Below are positions 27,783-38,793 of a stretch of 64,000 bases of DNA, one piece after another. Position 1 is the first letter of the stretch, and every line of letters begins with the position of its first letter. The notes beneath the pieces are model-generated. The model saw nothing but the letters and a program-made list of their open reading frames with translations, had not been told where the DNA came from and did not search any database. Source of the stretch: an uncultured Collinsella sp. GTDB taxonomy: Bacteria; Actinomycetota; Coriobacteriia; Coriobacteriales; Coriobacteriaceae. The stretch covers positions 7,283 through 71,282 of the forward strand of contig UQPJ01000001.1 of assembly GCA_900543015.1 (NCBI GenBank). The letters are read 5' to 3'. The position numbers and the translations under genes were made by a program.

Positions 27783-28970
27783 ATGTTCAACACCATCATC
27801 ACCACGGTCAAGACGCTGCTGCGCCGGCCGAGCACGTGGGTCTGGGGCGCTCTCTTTCCTATCGCGCTTTCCACGATGTTCATGTTTATGTTTGCGAACC
27901 TCAGCTCCGACGGCACGGTCGACCCGGTGCCGGTTGCCGTCGTGGCGGACGAGGCCTGGGATGCCTCGACCTTTAAGGATGTGGCAGCTTCGCTTGCCAA
28001 GGCAGGCGACGACCAGCTGCTCGATGTGAGCGAGTACGAAGACTTGGCTGCCGCGCGCAAAGCGCTCAAGGCCGGCGAGGTCGCGGGCATCTATACGGTT
28101 GATGCCGCGGGCACGCCCAGGCTCACGCTGCTATCGAGTTACGACAGCTCGCGCGCCTCGTCGGTGCTTACCGACCGCAGCATCCTTGAAACGGTGGCAA
28201 GCTCGTATACGCAAAATGCCGAGCTCATGTCCCAGATTGCCCAGGACAACCCGGCGGCGCTCGCCGATCCGGCGGCGGTTGCGCGCGCCCTGTCGCTCGA
28301 GGGCGGAACCCGCCGCGTGAGCCTGACTCGTGCCACGCCCGATGGCACGGTCATCTACTATTACGCGCTTTTTGGCCTGGTCGCGATGATGTCTGCCGAG
28401 TTTGCCGCCTTGAGCGTCGTCGATTTGCAGCCCAATCTGTCCGGCCTCGGCGCGCGCCGCTGCGTGGGCGGTCTTTCCAAGACGGCGTCGCTGGCCGGCA
28501 TTTTTGTCGGCTCGTGGCTGGTTTCCTTTGCATCGATGGCGGTTGCGATCGGCTACGTGCGCCTGGTCGTGGGCGTCGACTTTGGCGGGCGCGAGGGGTT
28601 GTGCCTGCTGGGCGGGGCTGCATCCGCGCTTGCCGCCACGGGCCTGGGGCTTTTTGTGGGCACGCTTCCCGTTAAGGGCGGCAAGGCATCCAAGTCGGGC
28701 ATCCTCACGGGCTTTGCCACCACGTGCGCCCTGTTCGCCGGCCTCTACGGCGAGCCGGCGATGGCGCTTGCCGACGACGTCGCCCGCGCTTGTCCGGTCG
28801 AGTGCTGGCTCAACCCCGTCAAGCTCATCTGCGACATGTTCAATCGCCTGTATTTCTTTGAGGACCTGGGGCCCTTCGCTGTTCGCGCCGGCGCGCTCGT
28901 CCTGATGGCCCTGGTGTTTGTCGCCGCCGCTACGCTGATCTTTGGAAGGAGCCGCTATGAGCACCTTTAA
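27783..28970 (+). CDS. ABC-2 exporter permease
   Basis: One TM, an extracellular domain, then five TMs; operon context. Confidence 0.85.
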   Translation: MFNTIITTVKTLLRRPSTWVWGALFPIALSTMFMFMFANLSSDGTVDPVPVAVVADEAWDASTFKDVAASLAKAGDDQLLDVSEYEDLAAARKALKAGEVAGIYTVDAAGTPRLTLLSSYDSSRASSVLTDRSILETVASSYTQNAELMSQIAQDNPAALADPAAVARALSLEGGTRRVSLTRATPDGTVIYYYALFGLVAMMSAEFAALSVVDLQPNLSGLGARRCVGGLSKTASLAGIFVGSWLVSFASMAVAIGYVRLVVGVDFGGREGLCLLGGAASALAATGLGLFVGTLPVKGGKASKSGILTGFATTCALFAGLYGEPAMALADDVARACPVECWLNPVKLICDMFNRLYFFEDLGPFAVRAGALVLMALVFVAAATLIFGRSRYEHL

Positions 28971-30162
28971 GACCGTGCTTCGCATGGCGCTGGCGCACCC
29001 GTTCTACCTGCTCATCTATACGGTGTTCATCTCGCTCATGGGCGTATTCATCGCGGCTTCGGTGAGCTGGAACTCGTCGCAGCTTACCGAGTACAAGCCC
29101 TACGACACCAACGTGATCGTGGTCGACCGCGACAATAGCGACCTTTCGCGGGCGCTTACCAAGCACCTGGGCTCACGCTTTGACCTAGTCACGGGCGTCG
29201 GCGACGACACATACGACCTTGCTGACGCGCTCTCCAAGAGCAACAGCGCCAAAGGCAGCGCCGACTGCGTGTTCTTTATCCCGGAGGGGTTTGAGGACGA
29301 TCTTGTTGCAGCCGCCCGCGCGGGGGAGTCCCTGCCCAAGCTCGATGTGACCTACGGTGCCGGCACCATGGCGGCGGCGCTTTCGTCTGCCGAGGCCTCG
29401 CGGTGGATCTCGCTCGCGGGCGCTGCGGCCGCACTAGAGCCCGCTGCCTCCAACGGCGACGTCGCAAGGGCCGCCGAGCACGCGGCCGCAAAGCGCGCGG
29501 AGGTCCAGATCGAGCAGGTCAAGGTCGACTCGACTGCTGCTACCACGCTCGAGTCGTACTTCAACTTTGGCGCGTACGCGATCATCTCGTCGGTCATCGT
29601 GTCGGTGGGACTGGTGTTCTCGGGCATGAACGAGCCCGAGCGCGTGCGCCGCATGGATGCCAGCCCGGTCTCTGAGCGCCAGCGTTCGCTCGCTGTGTTC
29701 GCGGCCGCCGCCGTGCTCACCGTCTGCATCTGGCTCGTGTCGAGCATGATGGGCGTCGTGGGCTTTGCCAGCGCGGTTGCCGAGGTCGGCGTGGGTCGCG
29801 TGTGCCTGGCGCTGGCGGCAACGTTTGCCCTAGCGTGCACGCCACTGGCCGTTGGCTTTGCCCTGTCGAGCCTGGGCGCGCGCGAGGAGCTGCTCAACGG
29901 TGTGGGCAACCTGCTCGGCATGCTCATGACGTTTTTGGGCGGCGCCTGGATGCCGCTGTCGCTCATGGGCTCGGCCGTGCAGACGGTGGCGCACTTTGTG
30001 CCGACGTATTGGGTGAACGACGCGATCGGCAAGGCGCTCGCCGCGGACCTGACGTCCACCGTGCTGGGCGACATCGCCTGCGATCTGGGCGTCACGGTGC
30101 TCTTTGCCGCGGCCATCGCCGCCGTAGGCCTAGCCCTCGCGCACAACAAATCCCACGCCTAG
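28957..30162 (+). CDS. ABC-2 exporter permease 2
   Basis: VVDRDNSDLS, FLGGAWMP, FVPTYW; GGAAGGAG RBS. Confidence 0.87.
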   Translation: MSTFKTVLRMALAHPFYLLIYTVFISLMGVFIAASVSWNSSQLTEYKPYDTNVIVVDRDNSDLSRALTKHLGSRFDLVTGVGDDTYDLADALSKSNSAKGSADCVFFIPEGFEDDLVAAARAGESLPKLDVTYGAGTMAAALSSAEASRWISLAGAAAALEPAASNGDVARAAEHAAAKRAEVQIEQVKVDSTAATTLESYFNFGAYAIISSVIVSVGLVFSGMNEPERVRRMDASPVSERQRSLAVFAAAAVLTVCIWLVSSMMGVVGFASAVAEVGVGRVCLALAATFALACTPLAVGFALSSLGAREELLNGVGNLLGMLMTFLGGAWMPLSLMGSAVQTVAHFVPTYWVNDAIGKALAADLTSTVLGDIACDLGVTVLFAAAIAAVGLALAHNKSHA

Positions 30163-30167
30163 CCACC

Positions 30168-30325
30168 TAGTCATTGGGGACGTTCTTAAACGACTGGTCG
30201 CTGGGGACAGTCTTTGCCGATTCGCCGGCTCGCCGGCCGGGCTGGCAAGGACTGTCCCTGGCGGCACTCATTGGGGACAGACTTAAATGAGCGATTTCAC
30301 TCATTTAAGTCTGTCCCCAATGAGT
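30168..30325. repeat. Family-D (GGGGAC/GTCCCC) REP-like cluster
   Basis: 57-bp hairpin unit at 30203-30259 and a perfect 26-bp-arm palindrome at 30266-30291/30300-30325. Confidence 0.9.
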
Positions 30326-30422
30326 AGGTTGGAAAATAGTTCGCGCACGTCGCTTAAAAATAGTTCGTCCGGGTTTACTATTAGCCTAGAAAAGTAGCAG
30401 AAGGCTAACAACGGGGGATAGC

Positions 30423-31136
<714 letters not shown>

Positions 31137-31144
31137 GCGGCGCC

Positions 31145-33811
31145 ATGACACCTCTCGCAAAACGTCTCCCGCGCGAGCTGCGCCGCAATATCGGCAAGTA
31201 CCTGGGCATCTTTTTGCTTATGTGCGGAAGCATCGCCCTTACGTCGGGCTTTTTGCTCGCGGCGCATTCCATCGGCTGCCTCATCGACGACATGCGCGAC
31301 GAGTACACGATCGAGGACGGCCGCGTGACCACCTCCTTCGAGGCTACCAAAGACCAGCTCAAGGCCGCCGAGGATGCAGCCGGCGACGTCGGTGGCGTCA
31401 CGCTCTACAAGAACTTCTCCATCGACGCCATCATCAAAAAGGCGGCTGGCGACGACGGCACCAAGCGCACCCTGCGTACCTACGCGCATCGCACCAAGGT
31501 TGACATTGCGTCCTACTGCGAAGGCAGGCAGCCCAAGACGGACGATGAGGTGGCAATCGACCGTGTCTTCGCCACCAACAACGACCTCGCCGTGGGTGAT
31601 AAGGTCGAGCTTGAGGGCCGCACCTACACCATCTGCGGCATCATGACCCAGCCCGATAGCCAGGCGCTGTTCCTCGACAATTCGGACTTTACGGTGAACA
31701 CCATCACGTACGGCGTGGCCGAGGTCACCGACGCCGGCTTTGCCGCGCTTGAGGACGCCGGCGGCGCGCCTGCCTACACCTACTCCTTTACCTTTACCGA
31801 TCGCGACCTCCCCACCGCGGATCGCATCGATGCGGAGCAGGATATGGTCGAGGCGCTGACCGATGCCGATGCGCGCGTGGACGATCTGATCGATGCCGAT
31901 TCCAATCAGGGCATTGGCTATGCGCGCGACGACGTGGACGGCGACTCCATGATGTGGATGACGTTGCTCGACATCATCATCGTGATCATGGCGTTTGTCT
32001 TTGTGGTGCTCACCGACGCCACCATCGAGGAGGAGAGCGCCATCATCGGCACGCTGCTCGCCAGCGGCTATCGCCGCCGCGAGATCGTTCTGCACTACCT
32101 CGCGCTTCCCGCCATCGTGGGCGTACTCGCGGCGCTTTTGGGCACCGCGCTCGGCGTCGCGTTCTTTACCGAGCCCATGCGCGGCCTCTATTACGGTTCG
32201 TATAGCCTGCCTCCCTTCCAGGTGTACTGGAGCTGGGAGATCTTCGTGAAGTGCGCCGTGGTTCCCGCCGCCGCGCTCATCCTCATTACGCTGGTGGGCC
32301 TGCTCCGCAAGATGGGCAAGACGCCGTTGCAGTTCCTTCGTCACGAGGCGAGCGGTAAGTCGGGTACCAAGCGCGGTCTGCAGCTGCCGGAACGCATGGG
32401 CTTTGTCTCCCGCTTCCGTCTGCGCGTTTTCCTGCGCAACCTGGGCAACTTCGCCACGCTCTTCGTGGGCATTGCGTTTGCGTCGCTGCTACTGCTCTTT
32501 GGCCTGGCGATTCTGCCCACGATGACGCACTATGCGGACAACCTGGAGACGAGCCTGGTCGCCGAGCACCAGTACACACTCAAGGCTCCGCTAGAGCTCG
32601 AGGGCACTGCCGAGGAGCGCGAGCAATGGTCGGCACTCGAGCGCTTGCAGTCGGTTGACGGCGCGCTGCTTTCTGCCGCTCAGGATGCCGATGACGAGCT
32701 TGACGACGCGGCCGATGCCGCGCAGACGGCAGCCGATGCCGCGACCGCATCTCCGTCTGCCGAGAGCCTGACTGCAGCGCAGGATGCGCTTGCTAAGGTC
32801 AAGGACAAGAAGGATGCGCTCTACGCACGCCTCGACGATCTTGCCGATGCCCTCGGCTGCAACCGCGATGAGGCCATCGATCTGATCGACAAGGCCTCTA
32901 AGATCGACACTGACAACGACGATATCCACCCGGTCAATACGACCGACAACGGCGCGGGCGCAATCGCGCAGGCCGAGAAATATGCCGTTTACCAGCTGCA
33001 GTACGACCGTGGCGACGGTAATGGCGAGGAGACGATTTCTGTCTACGGCATCTCGTCCGATTCGCGCTACTGGAAGGGCCTCAACGTCGGCGACGGGCGC
33101 GTCGTCTTTGGCGGCGGTCTGCTCGATAAGTTTGGCTGGAGCGAGGGCCAGAAGGTCACGCTCAGCGACAAGTACGAGGGCGAGCATTATTCCTTTGAGT
33201 ACGCGGGCAAGGACTGTGCCTGGGGCTCCAAGTCGGACATGAACATCTATATGAGTATCGACGACTTTAACGAGCTGTTCGACAACGACGCCGCCTACTT
33301 TAACGGCTATGTGAGCGACGAGAAGCTCGACCTCGATGCTCGTTACTTTGCCGGCGACACCACGCCCGACGACATGCGCGCCGTGGGTGACCAGTTCATC
33401 GGCATGATGAGCAAAATGATTGGAATGATGATCGGGCTCGCGGTGTTTATCTTCCTGCTGTTTATGTACCTGCTGACCAAAGCGGTGATCGACCACAGCG
33501 CCCGTTCGATCAGCTACATGAAAGTCTTTGGCTATCGCGATAGTGAGATCTCGCATCTGTACATCCGCTCGATCACGCTGTGCGTGGCGGCGTCGCTCGT
33601 GCTGAGCCTGCCGGTCATTATTGGCTCGCTCACGGCCATCTTCCGCTCGATGCTGCTCGCCTACAACGGCAATATCGAGATCTACGTGCCCGCTTGGTCC
33701 ATGGCTGCATGCGTCGGCATCGGCTTTGCGACCTACCTGGTCGTGGCGCTGCTACACATGCGTTCCATCAAGCGTGTGAGCCTGGCCGAAGCTCTCAAAG
33801 TCCAAGAGTAG
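31145..33811 (+). CDS. Duplicated FtsX-like ABC permease
   Basis: Two FtsX halves (IGTLLASGYRRREI; ISYMKVFGYRDSEI) with large extracellular domains. Confidence 0.88.
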   Translation: MTPLAKRLPRELRRNIGKYLGIFLLMCGSIALTSGFLLAAHSIGCLIDDMRDEYTIEDGRVTTSFEATKDQLKAAEDAAGDVGGVTLYKNFSIDAIIKKAAGDDGTKRTLRTYAHRTKVDIASYCEGRQPKTDDEVAIDRVFATNNDLAVGDKVELEGRTYTICGIMTQPDSQALFLDNSDFTVNTITYGVAEVTDAGFAALEDAGGAPAYTYSFTFTDRDLPTADRIDAEQDMVEALTDADARVDDLIDADSNQGIGYARDDVDGDSMMWMTLLDIIIVIMAFVFVVLTDATIEEESAIIGTLLASGYRRREIVLHYLALPAIVGVLAALLGTALGVAFFTEPMRGLYYGSYSLPPFQVYWSWEIFVKCAVVPAAALILITLVGLLRKMGKTPLQFLRHEASGKSGTKRGLQLPERMGFVSRFRLRVFLRNLGNFATLFVGIAFASLLLLFGLAILPTMTHYADNLETSLVAEHQYTLKAPLELEGTAEEREQWSALERLQSVDGALLSAAQDADDELDDAADAAQTAADAATASPSAESLTAAQDALAKVKDKKDALYARLDDLADALGCNRDEAIDLIDKASKIDTDNDDIHPVNTTDNGAGAIAQAEKYAVYQLQYDRGDGNGEETISVYGISSDSRYWKGLNVGDGRVVFGGGLLDKFGWSEGQKVTLSDKYEGEHYSFEYAGKDCAWGSKSDMNIYMSIDDFNELFDNDAAYFNGYVSDEKLDLDARYFAGDTTPDDMRAVGDQFIGMMSKMIGMMIGLAVFIFLLFMYLLTKAVIDHSARSISYMKVFGYRDSEISHLYIRSITLCVAASLVLSLPVIIGSLTAIFRSMLLAYNGNIEIYVPAWSMAACVGIGFATYLVVALLHMRSIKRVSLAEALKVQE

Positions 33812-33819
33812 CCCCTTAT

Positions 33820-34033
33820 TAGTCATCGGGGACGGTCTTTGCCGATTCGCCGGCTCGCTGGCCGGGCTGGCAAGGACTGTCCCTAACTGCCGGAAGGGAA
33901 CGTCCCTAGCTGCCAGGTGGCGAGGCGCTCATTTAAGTCTGTCCCCAATGAGTGGTTTCAGTCATTTAAGTCTGTCCCCAATGAGTGCCTAAGTCTGTCC
34001 CCAATGAGTGCCTAAGTCTGTCCCCAATGAGTG
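33820..34033. repeat. Family-D cluster with tandem expansion
   Basis: 57-bp unit at 33828-33884 (55/57 identical to 30203-30259); TAAGTCTGTCCCCAATGAGTG at 33934, 33967, 33990 and 34013. Confidence 0.92.
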
Positions 34034-34113
34034 GCCGTGCTTGACTTCAACCCCACTTCACCGGGTACCATCCTCTATGTCTGTAACGCCATATAGACCG
34101 AGGGGATAGATCT

Positions 34114-35319
34114 ATGACCGCAACCGCACCCGCAGCACCGGCAAAGGTGTACTTCACCAACCTGCGCACGCATGCTCGCGAGAGCCAGCTCGACAAACTT
34201 AAGCGCCTCATTCGCCGCGCCGGCATTGAGCAGATCGACTTCGAGAACAAGTTTGTCGCCATCAAGATTCACTTTGGCGAGCTGGGCAACCTGAGCTTTT
34301 TGCGCCCCAACTACGCCCGCGCCGTCGCAGACGTCGTGAAGGAGCTGGGCGGCAAGCCCTTCCTCACCGACTGCAACACGCTCTACGTCGGTAGCCGCAA
34401 AAACGCGCTCGAGCACATCGATACCGCCTACCAGAACGGCTTTACCCCGTATGCCACGGGTTGCCAGATCATCATCGCCGACGGCCTCAAAGGTACCGAC
34501 GAGGCGCTCGTCCCGGTCGAGGGTGGCGAGTACGTGCGCGAGGCCAAGATCGGTCAGGCGCTCATGGATGCCGACATCGTGATCAGCCTCACCCACTTTA
34601 AGGGCCATGAGCAGGCCGGCTTTGGCGGTGCCATGAAGAACCTGGGTATGGGCGGCGGTAGCCGTGCCGGCAAGATGGAGCAGCACGCCGCTGGCAAGCC
34701 GAGCGTCGATACCACCAACTGCGTAGGTTGCCGTGCCTGCGAGAAGATATGCGCGCACAGCGCCATCACGTTTGACGGTACGCGTGAGCGCGAGCTTGCC
34801 AACGGCAAAACCCGTACGGTTCACGTCGCCGCTATCGACCACGATCGCTGCGTGGGCTGCGGCCGTTGCATTGCGGCGTGCAACCAGGACTGCATCAAGC
34901 CCGACTATGATGCCGCGGCCGACGTGCTCAACTACAAGATCGCTGAGTACACGAAGGCCATTGTTCAGGATCGCCCCAGCTTCCACATCTCGCTTGCCAT
35001 GGACATCAGCCCCAACTGCGACTGCCATCCCGAAAACGACACGCCTATCGTCAACGATATCGGCATGTTCGCGAGCTTCGACCCGGTCGCCATCGATCAG
35101 GCCTGTGCCGATGCCGTCCTGGCATCCGAGCCGCTGCCTAACACCGAGCTTACCGACAGCGCGGCCAAGATGGAGCATAATCACGAGCATCTGGAGGGCG
35201 AGCAGGCCAAGGATCCCTTCTGCATCACGCATCCCGACACCGACTGGCGCGCGTGCATCGCTCATGCCGAGAAGATCGGCCTGGGCACGAGCAAGTACGA
35301 GCTCATCGAGGTCAAATAG
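34114..35319 (+). CDS. DUF362 family Fe-S protein
   Basis: VAIKIHFGE, HFKGH..GFGGAMKNLGMG, two CxxCxxCxxxC ferredoxin motifs, SPNCDC. Confidence 0.9.
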   Translation: MTATAPAAPAKVYFTNLRTHARESQLDKLKRLIRRAGIEQIDFENKFVAIKIHFGELGNLSFLRPNYARAVADVVKELGGKPFLTDCNTLYVGSRKNALEHIDTAYQNGFTPYATGCQIIIADGLKGTDEALVPVEGGEYVREAKIGQALMDADIVISLTHFKGHEQAGFGGAMKNLGMGGGSRAGKMEQHAAGKPSVDTTNCVGCRACEKICAHSAITFDGTRERELANGKTRTVHVAAIDHDRCVGCGRCIAACNQDCIKPDYDAAADVLNYKIAEYTKAIVQDRPSFHISLAMDISPNCDCHPENDTPIVNDIGMFASFDPVAIDQACADAVLASEPLPNTELTDSAAKMEHNHEHLEGEQAKDPFCITHPDTDWRACIAHAEKIGLGTSKYELIEVK

Positions 35320-35366
35320 CATCTAGTTATTGGACATATCAAGCGCTTTTGTAGCGTTAGTTGAGC

Positions 35367-35405
35367 AAAAGCCGCCCGCGAGCACAAAGCTCGCGGGCGG
35401 CTTTT
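35367..35405. terminator. Bidirectional intrinsic terminator
   Basis: AAAAGCCGCCCGCGAGC-ACAAA-GCTCGCGGGCGGCTTTT between convergent genes. Confidence 0.85.
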
Positions 35406-35451
35406 CGGAAGTGCTAGGGCGTCAGATAGATCAGTAAACCGTACTATTTGC

Positions 35452-36417
35452 CTAAAAATTCTCGTCGAGGAAGTCGTCGACCGTATTCCAGTAGAGCTCG
35501 GGGTCAACTTGCGCACTCTTGGCGTGGGTGGCGCCATGAATGGTGAGCTTTTGCTTGACCTTGCTGGCGCACGCGTCGTAGTTTTGGTCGAGCATGTCGT
35601 ACGGCACAAAGGTGTCCTGGTCGCCGTGGATAAACAGCATGGGAACCGTCGCGTGTTTGAGTTGCTCCACACTGCTCGCCTTATGAAAGTCGTAGCCCGC
35701 GCGCACGTTGCACACCAAGTTTGCTACATCGAGCAAGGGAAAGCTGGGCAGCCCGAACACGTCCTTGAGCTGCAGAGAAAACTCGTCCCAAACACTCGTA
35801 TAACCACAGTCCTCGATAATGCATTTCACGTTTGCGGGCAGAGATTCCCCCGCGACGTCCATGGCGGTTGCCGCACCCATCGACTCGCCAAAGACCAGGA
35901 TGCGCGCCTCGGGGTCAGCCTGAACGATCCGCCCAATCCATGCAACGACATCGAGCCGCTCGGGCCAGCCCATGCCGATATAGTCGCCGCCGGAGCGCTC
36001 GTGGGCGCGGGCGGCGGGTGCGAGTACGTTCATGCCGCGGTCGTGGAATCGTTTGACGTATCGGGCCATGCCGATGGGCTCATCGGTGTATCCGTGTAGG
36101 CAGATAGCGTAATTGTGCGTGCTCTCTGGGGCGGCAAAATACCAAGCGGCAAGTTCGGTTCCGTCATCTGCGGTGAGGCTGCTGCTCTCGCGGTTCTCTT
36201 TAAACCATGCCCGCGCCTCGGTTCCCTCGGCATCCGGCTGCTCACTTTCTTTGTCGTCCTTGCCGTCCTGCATCATCTTCATGGTGTATGGCGCGCGGGG
36301 ATTCAGCGCGAAGTCAAACAGAAAGTTGCCGGCAAATCCGAGCAGCGCAATGACAACCACCAGTGCAACGATGCCGGCTATCTTGAGCTTTCGATGGGAA
36401 TGTGCGTTTTGAGCCAT
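35452..36417 (-). CDS. Membrane-anchored alpha/beta hydrolase
   Basis: N-terminal TM, LHGY, GESMG, FIHGDQDTFVP, GATHA. Confidence 0.9.
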   Translation of the reverse strand: MAQNAHSHRKLKIAGIVALVVVIALLGFAGNFLFDFALNPRAPYTMKMMQDGKDDKESEQPDAEGTEARAWFKENRESSSLTADDGTELAAWYFAAPESTHNYAICLHGYTDEPIGMARYVKRFHDRGMNVLAPAARAHERSGGDYIGMGWPERLDVVAWIGRIVQADPEARILVFGESMGAATAMDVAGESLPANVKCIIEDCGYTSVWDEFSLQLKDVFGLPSFPLLDVANLVCNVRAGYDFHKASSVEQLKHATVPMLFIHGDQDTFVPYDMLDQNYDACASKVKQKLTIHGATHAKSAQVDPELYWNTVDDFLDENF

Positions 36418-36603
36418 GCGGTATTCTCCTATAAGATGTTAATGCATCAACATTTAGTGCAAGCGCATTATGGACGTTCACCGTTGATGCGTCAACAGGC
36501 AAAGAATGGGTAAACAAAGGGTCACGTATGGTGCAAATTTCGCACGCACCCAGACGCTTTGATATAGTGTTGAGAACTCTTTACGTTGGAGGATGTAACC
36601 GGC

Positions 36604-37287
36604 ATGTCCGATTCGAGCGACAGTTCTAAGCCGCGACCCAAGACCGCGGCCGTTCCACACTACACGGTGGGTGAGGAGATCATGAACTCCGTCACCCATG
36701 GTGTCGGCTGCCTGCTGGGTATCGCGGGCCTGGTGCTCCTGATCGTATTCGCCGCCCTGCGCGGCGGAGGCTCGGCCCACATGGCCGCGGCAATTGTCTA
36801 TGGCGTCAGCATTATTCTCGAATACCTAGCCTCCACGCTCTACCACGCGATTCAGCCCGCGCGCGCCAAGCGCGTGTTTCGCATCATCGACCACAGCTGC
36901 ATCTACCTGCTCATTGCCGGTAGCTATACGCCGTTTTGCCTCATCACGCTCGCAAACGACGGCGGCCCTGCGCTGTTCTTTGCCGTATGGGCCATCGCCA
37001 TTATCGGCATCGCCCTCGAGTGCTTTATGCGCGAACGTCAACCGCACTGGGTAAGTGGCCTAGTCTACTTGCTGATGGGCTGGCTCGTTGTCTTTAAGCT
37101 GCCCGTACTTGTGGCACTGCTCAACCCCGTGGCACTTGCCCTGCTCGCCGTCGGCGGCGTGTGCTACACCGCGGGCGTGCCGTTCTATATCGCCAAAAAC
37201 GTGCGCTATCTGCACAGTATTTTCCACTTGTGGGTGCTCGCTGGCAGCATCTTCCAGTTCATGGCGGTGATTCTCTTCGTAATCTAG
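36604..37287 (+). CDS. Hemolysin III / PAQR family membrane protein
   Basis: EEIMNSVTH, STLYH, DHSCIYLLIAGSYTP, HSIFHLWV. Confidence 0.92.
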   Translation: MSDSSDSSKPRPKTAAVPHYTVGEEIMNSVTHGVGCLLGIAGLVLLIVFAALRGGGSAHMAAAIVYGVSIILEYLASTLYHAIQPARAKRVFRIIDHSCIYLLIAGSYTPFCLITLANDGGPALFFAVWAIAIIGIALECFMRERQPHWVSGLVYLLMGWLVVFKLPVLVALLNPVALALLAVGGVCYTAGVPFYIAKNVRYLHSIFHLWVLAGSIFQFMAVILFVI

Positions 37288-37395
37288 CGACCGCGCCCAT
37301 GCCCTCGCTCCCACGGGCGACCGGCGCAATTGCCCTATCCGTCACCTACGCTTACTACCCAACGTCCCGAATCTTGGAGGTTCGAGAAACTCCCG

Positions 37396-38769
37396 ATGGA
37401 CATAACCATCTCCCTTATTACCACGCTTGTCCTGACGCTTATCAACGGCTACTTCTCCATGTCCGAGATGGCTCTCACCACGGCCAAGCGCGCCGTGTTG
37501 GAGCACGATGCCGAGGAGGGCGACAAGCGCGCCGAGCGCGCCGTCCAGCTCGCCGCCGACTCCGATCAGCTGTTGGCTACCATCCAGGTCGCCATCACGC
37601 TCGTGGGCTTCGCCTCGTCCGCCGTTGCCTCGACGAGCCTGTCCGACCCGCTCGCCACGTGGCTCATGAGCTTTGGCATCGCGCCGCTCTCCGCCATCGC
37701 GCGCGGCCTGGCGCCGGTCATCATCACCGTCGCGGTCGCCTTCGTGTCCATCGTGATCGGCGAGCTCGTCCCCAAGCGCATCGGCCTGGCCAATGCCGAG
37801 GGCGTATCCAAGCAGGTCGTGGGACCGCTTTCCGTGTTCCAAAAGATCGCCCGTCCGCTCGTGTGGCTGACTGGCGCTTGCTCCGATGGCCTGGCCCGCA
37901 TTCTGCGCATCAAGAGTGCCGACGACCGTCAGAACGTCTCGGAAGAAGAGATCAAGTACATGGTCTCGGAGCAGGACGACCTGCTCGACGAGGAAAAGCG
38001 TATGATCCACGAGATCTTCGACCTGGGCGACACCGTTGCCCGCGAGGTCATGGTGCCGCGCGTGGACACCACCATGTGCGAGGACGACGAGACGGTCGCC
38101 GACGTGTTGTCCACCATGCGCCAGACCGGCTTCAGCCGCATCCCCGTCTATCACGAGGACCCCGACAACGTCGCGGGCATCGCGCACATCAAGGACCTGA
38201 TCCAGCCCGCGCTCGACGGCAAGGGCGACCAGCCCATCGCCGATTACCTGCGCGACGCCACCTTTGTGCCCGACACCAAGGACATCCTGCCGCTGCTGTC
38301 CGAGATGCAGACCTCGCACGACCAGATCGTGGTGGTCGTGGACGAGTACGGCGGCACGGCCGGCATCATCACCATCGAGGATATCGTCGAGGAGATCGTC
38401 GGCGAGATCGAGGACGAGTTCGACCCCGACAACAAGTACCTCACGCGCCTTTCGCGCCGCGAGTGGCTCGTCGATGGGCGTTTTTCGTGCGATGACGCGA
38501 TTGAGCTTGGTTGGCCGCTCGAGGAAAGCGATGATTATGAGACCATCGCCGGCTGGATTTTGGAGCTTTGCGACTCGGTGCCCGACATCGGAGAGGTGTT
38601 TGAGGTCGCGGGGTACAAGTTTAAAGTGCAGTCGATGCGTGGCCAGCGCATCTCGCTCATTCGCGTGATCGCTCCGGCCGAAACCGATAAGAAGGATTCC
38701 GAGTCTTCGGTAAACGAGCCGACGACGTCGGGTGCGGGTTCCGCGAATCCGCACGACGGCGACGAGTAG
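37396..38769 (+). CDS. CNNM/CorC-HlyC family protein (DUF21-CBS-CorC)
   Basis: FSMSEMA, GELVPK, VAREVMVPR, FSRIPV, VDEYGG...TIEDIVEEIVGEIEDE. Confidence 0.92.
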   Translation: MDITISLITTLVLTLINGYFSMSEMALTTAKRAVLEHDAEEGDKRAERAVQLAADSDQLLATIQVAITLVGFASSAVASTSLSDPLATWLMSFGIAPLSAIARGLAPVIITVAVAFVSIVIGELVPKRIGLANAEGVSKQVVGPLSVFQKIARPLVWLTGACSDGLARILRIKSADDRQNVSEEEIKYMVSEQDDLLDEEKRMIHEIFDLGDTVAREVMVPRVDTTMCEDDETVADVLSTMRQTGFSRIPVYHEDPDNVAGIAHIKDLIQPALDGKGDQPIADYLRDATFVPDTKDILPLLSEMQTSHDQIVVVVDEYGGTAGIITIEDIVEEIVGEIEDEFDPDNKYLTRLSRREWLVDGRFSCDDAIELGWPLEESDDYETIAGWILELCDSVPDIGEVFEVAGYKFKVQSMRGQRISLIRVIAPAETDKKDSESSVNEPTTSGAGSANPHDGDE

Positions 38770-38793
38770 GGCAAGGAAGAGTAGGGGAGAGTT

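Noticed and set aside
33934..34033. CRISPR array
   Set aside because: Intervening sequences are only 12, 2 and 2 bp, the repeat is a dispersed family-D half-site, and there are no cas genes
36604..38769. Hemolysin virulence locus
   Set aside because: PAQR and CNNM/CorC families are widespread membrane and ion-homeostasis proteins; the hemolysin label is historical
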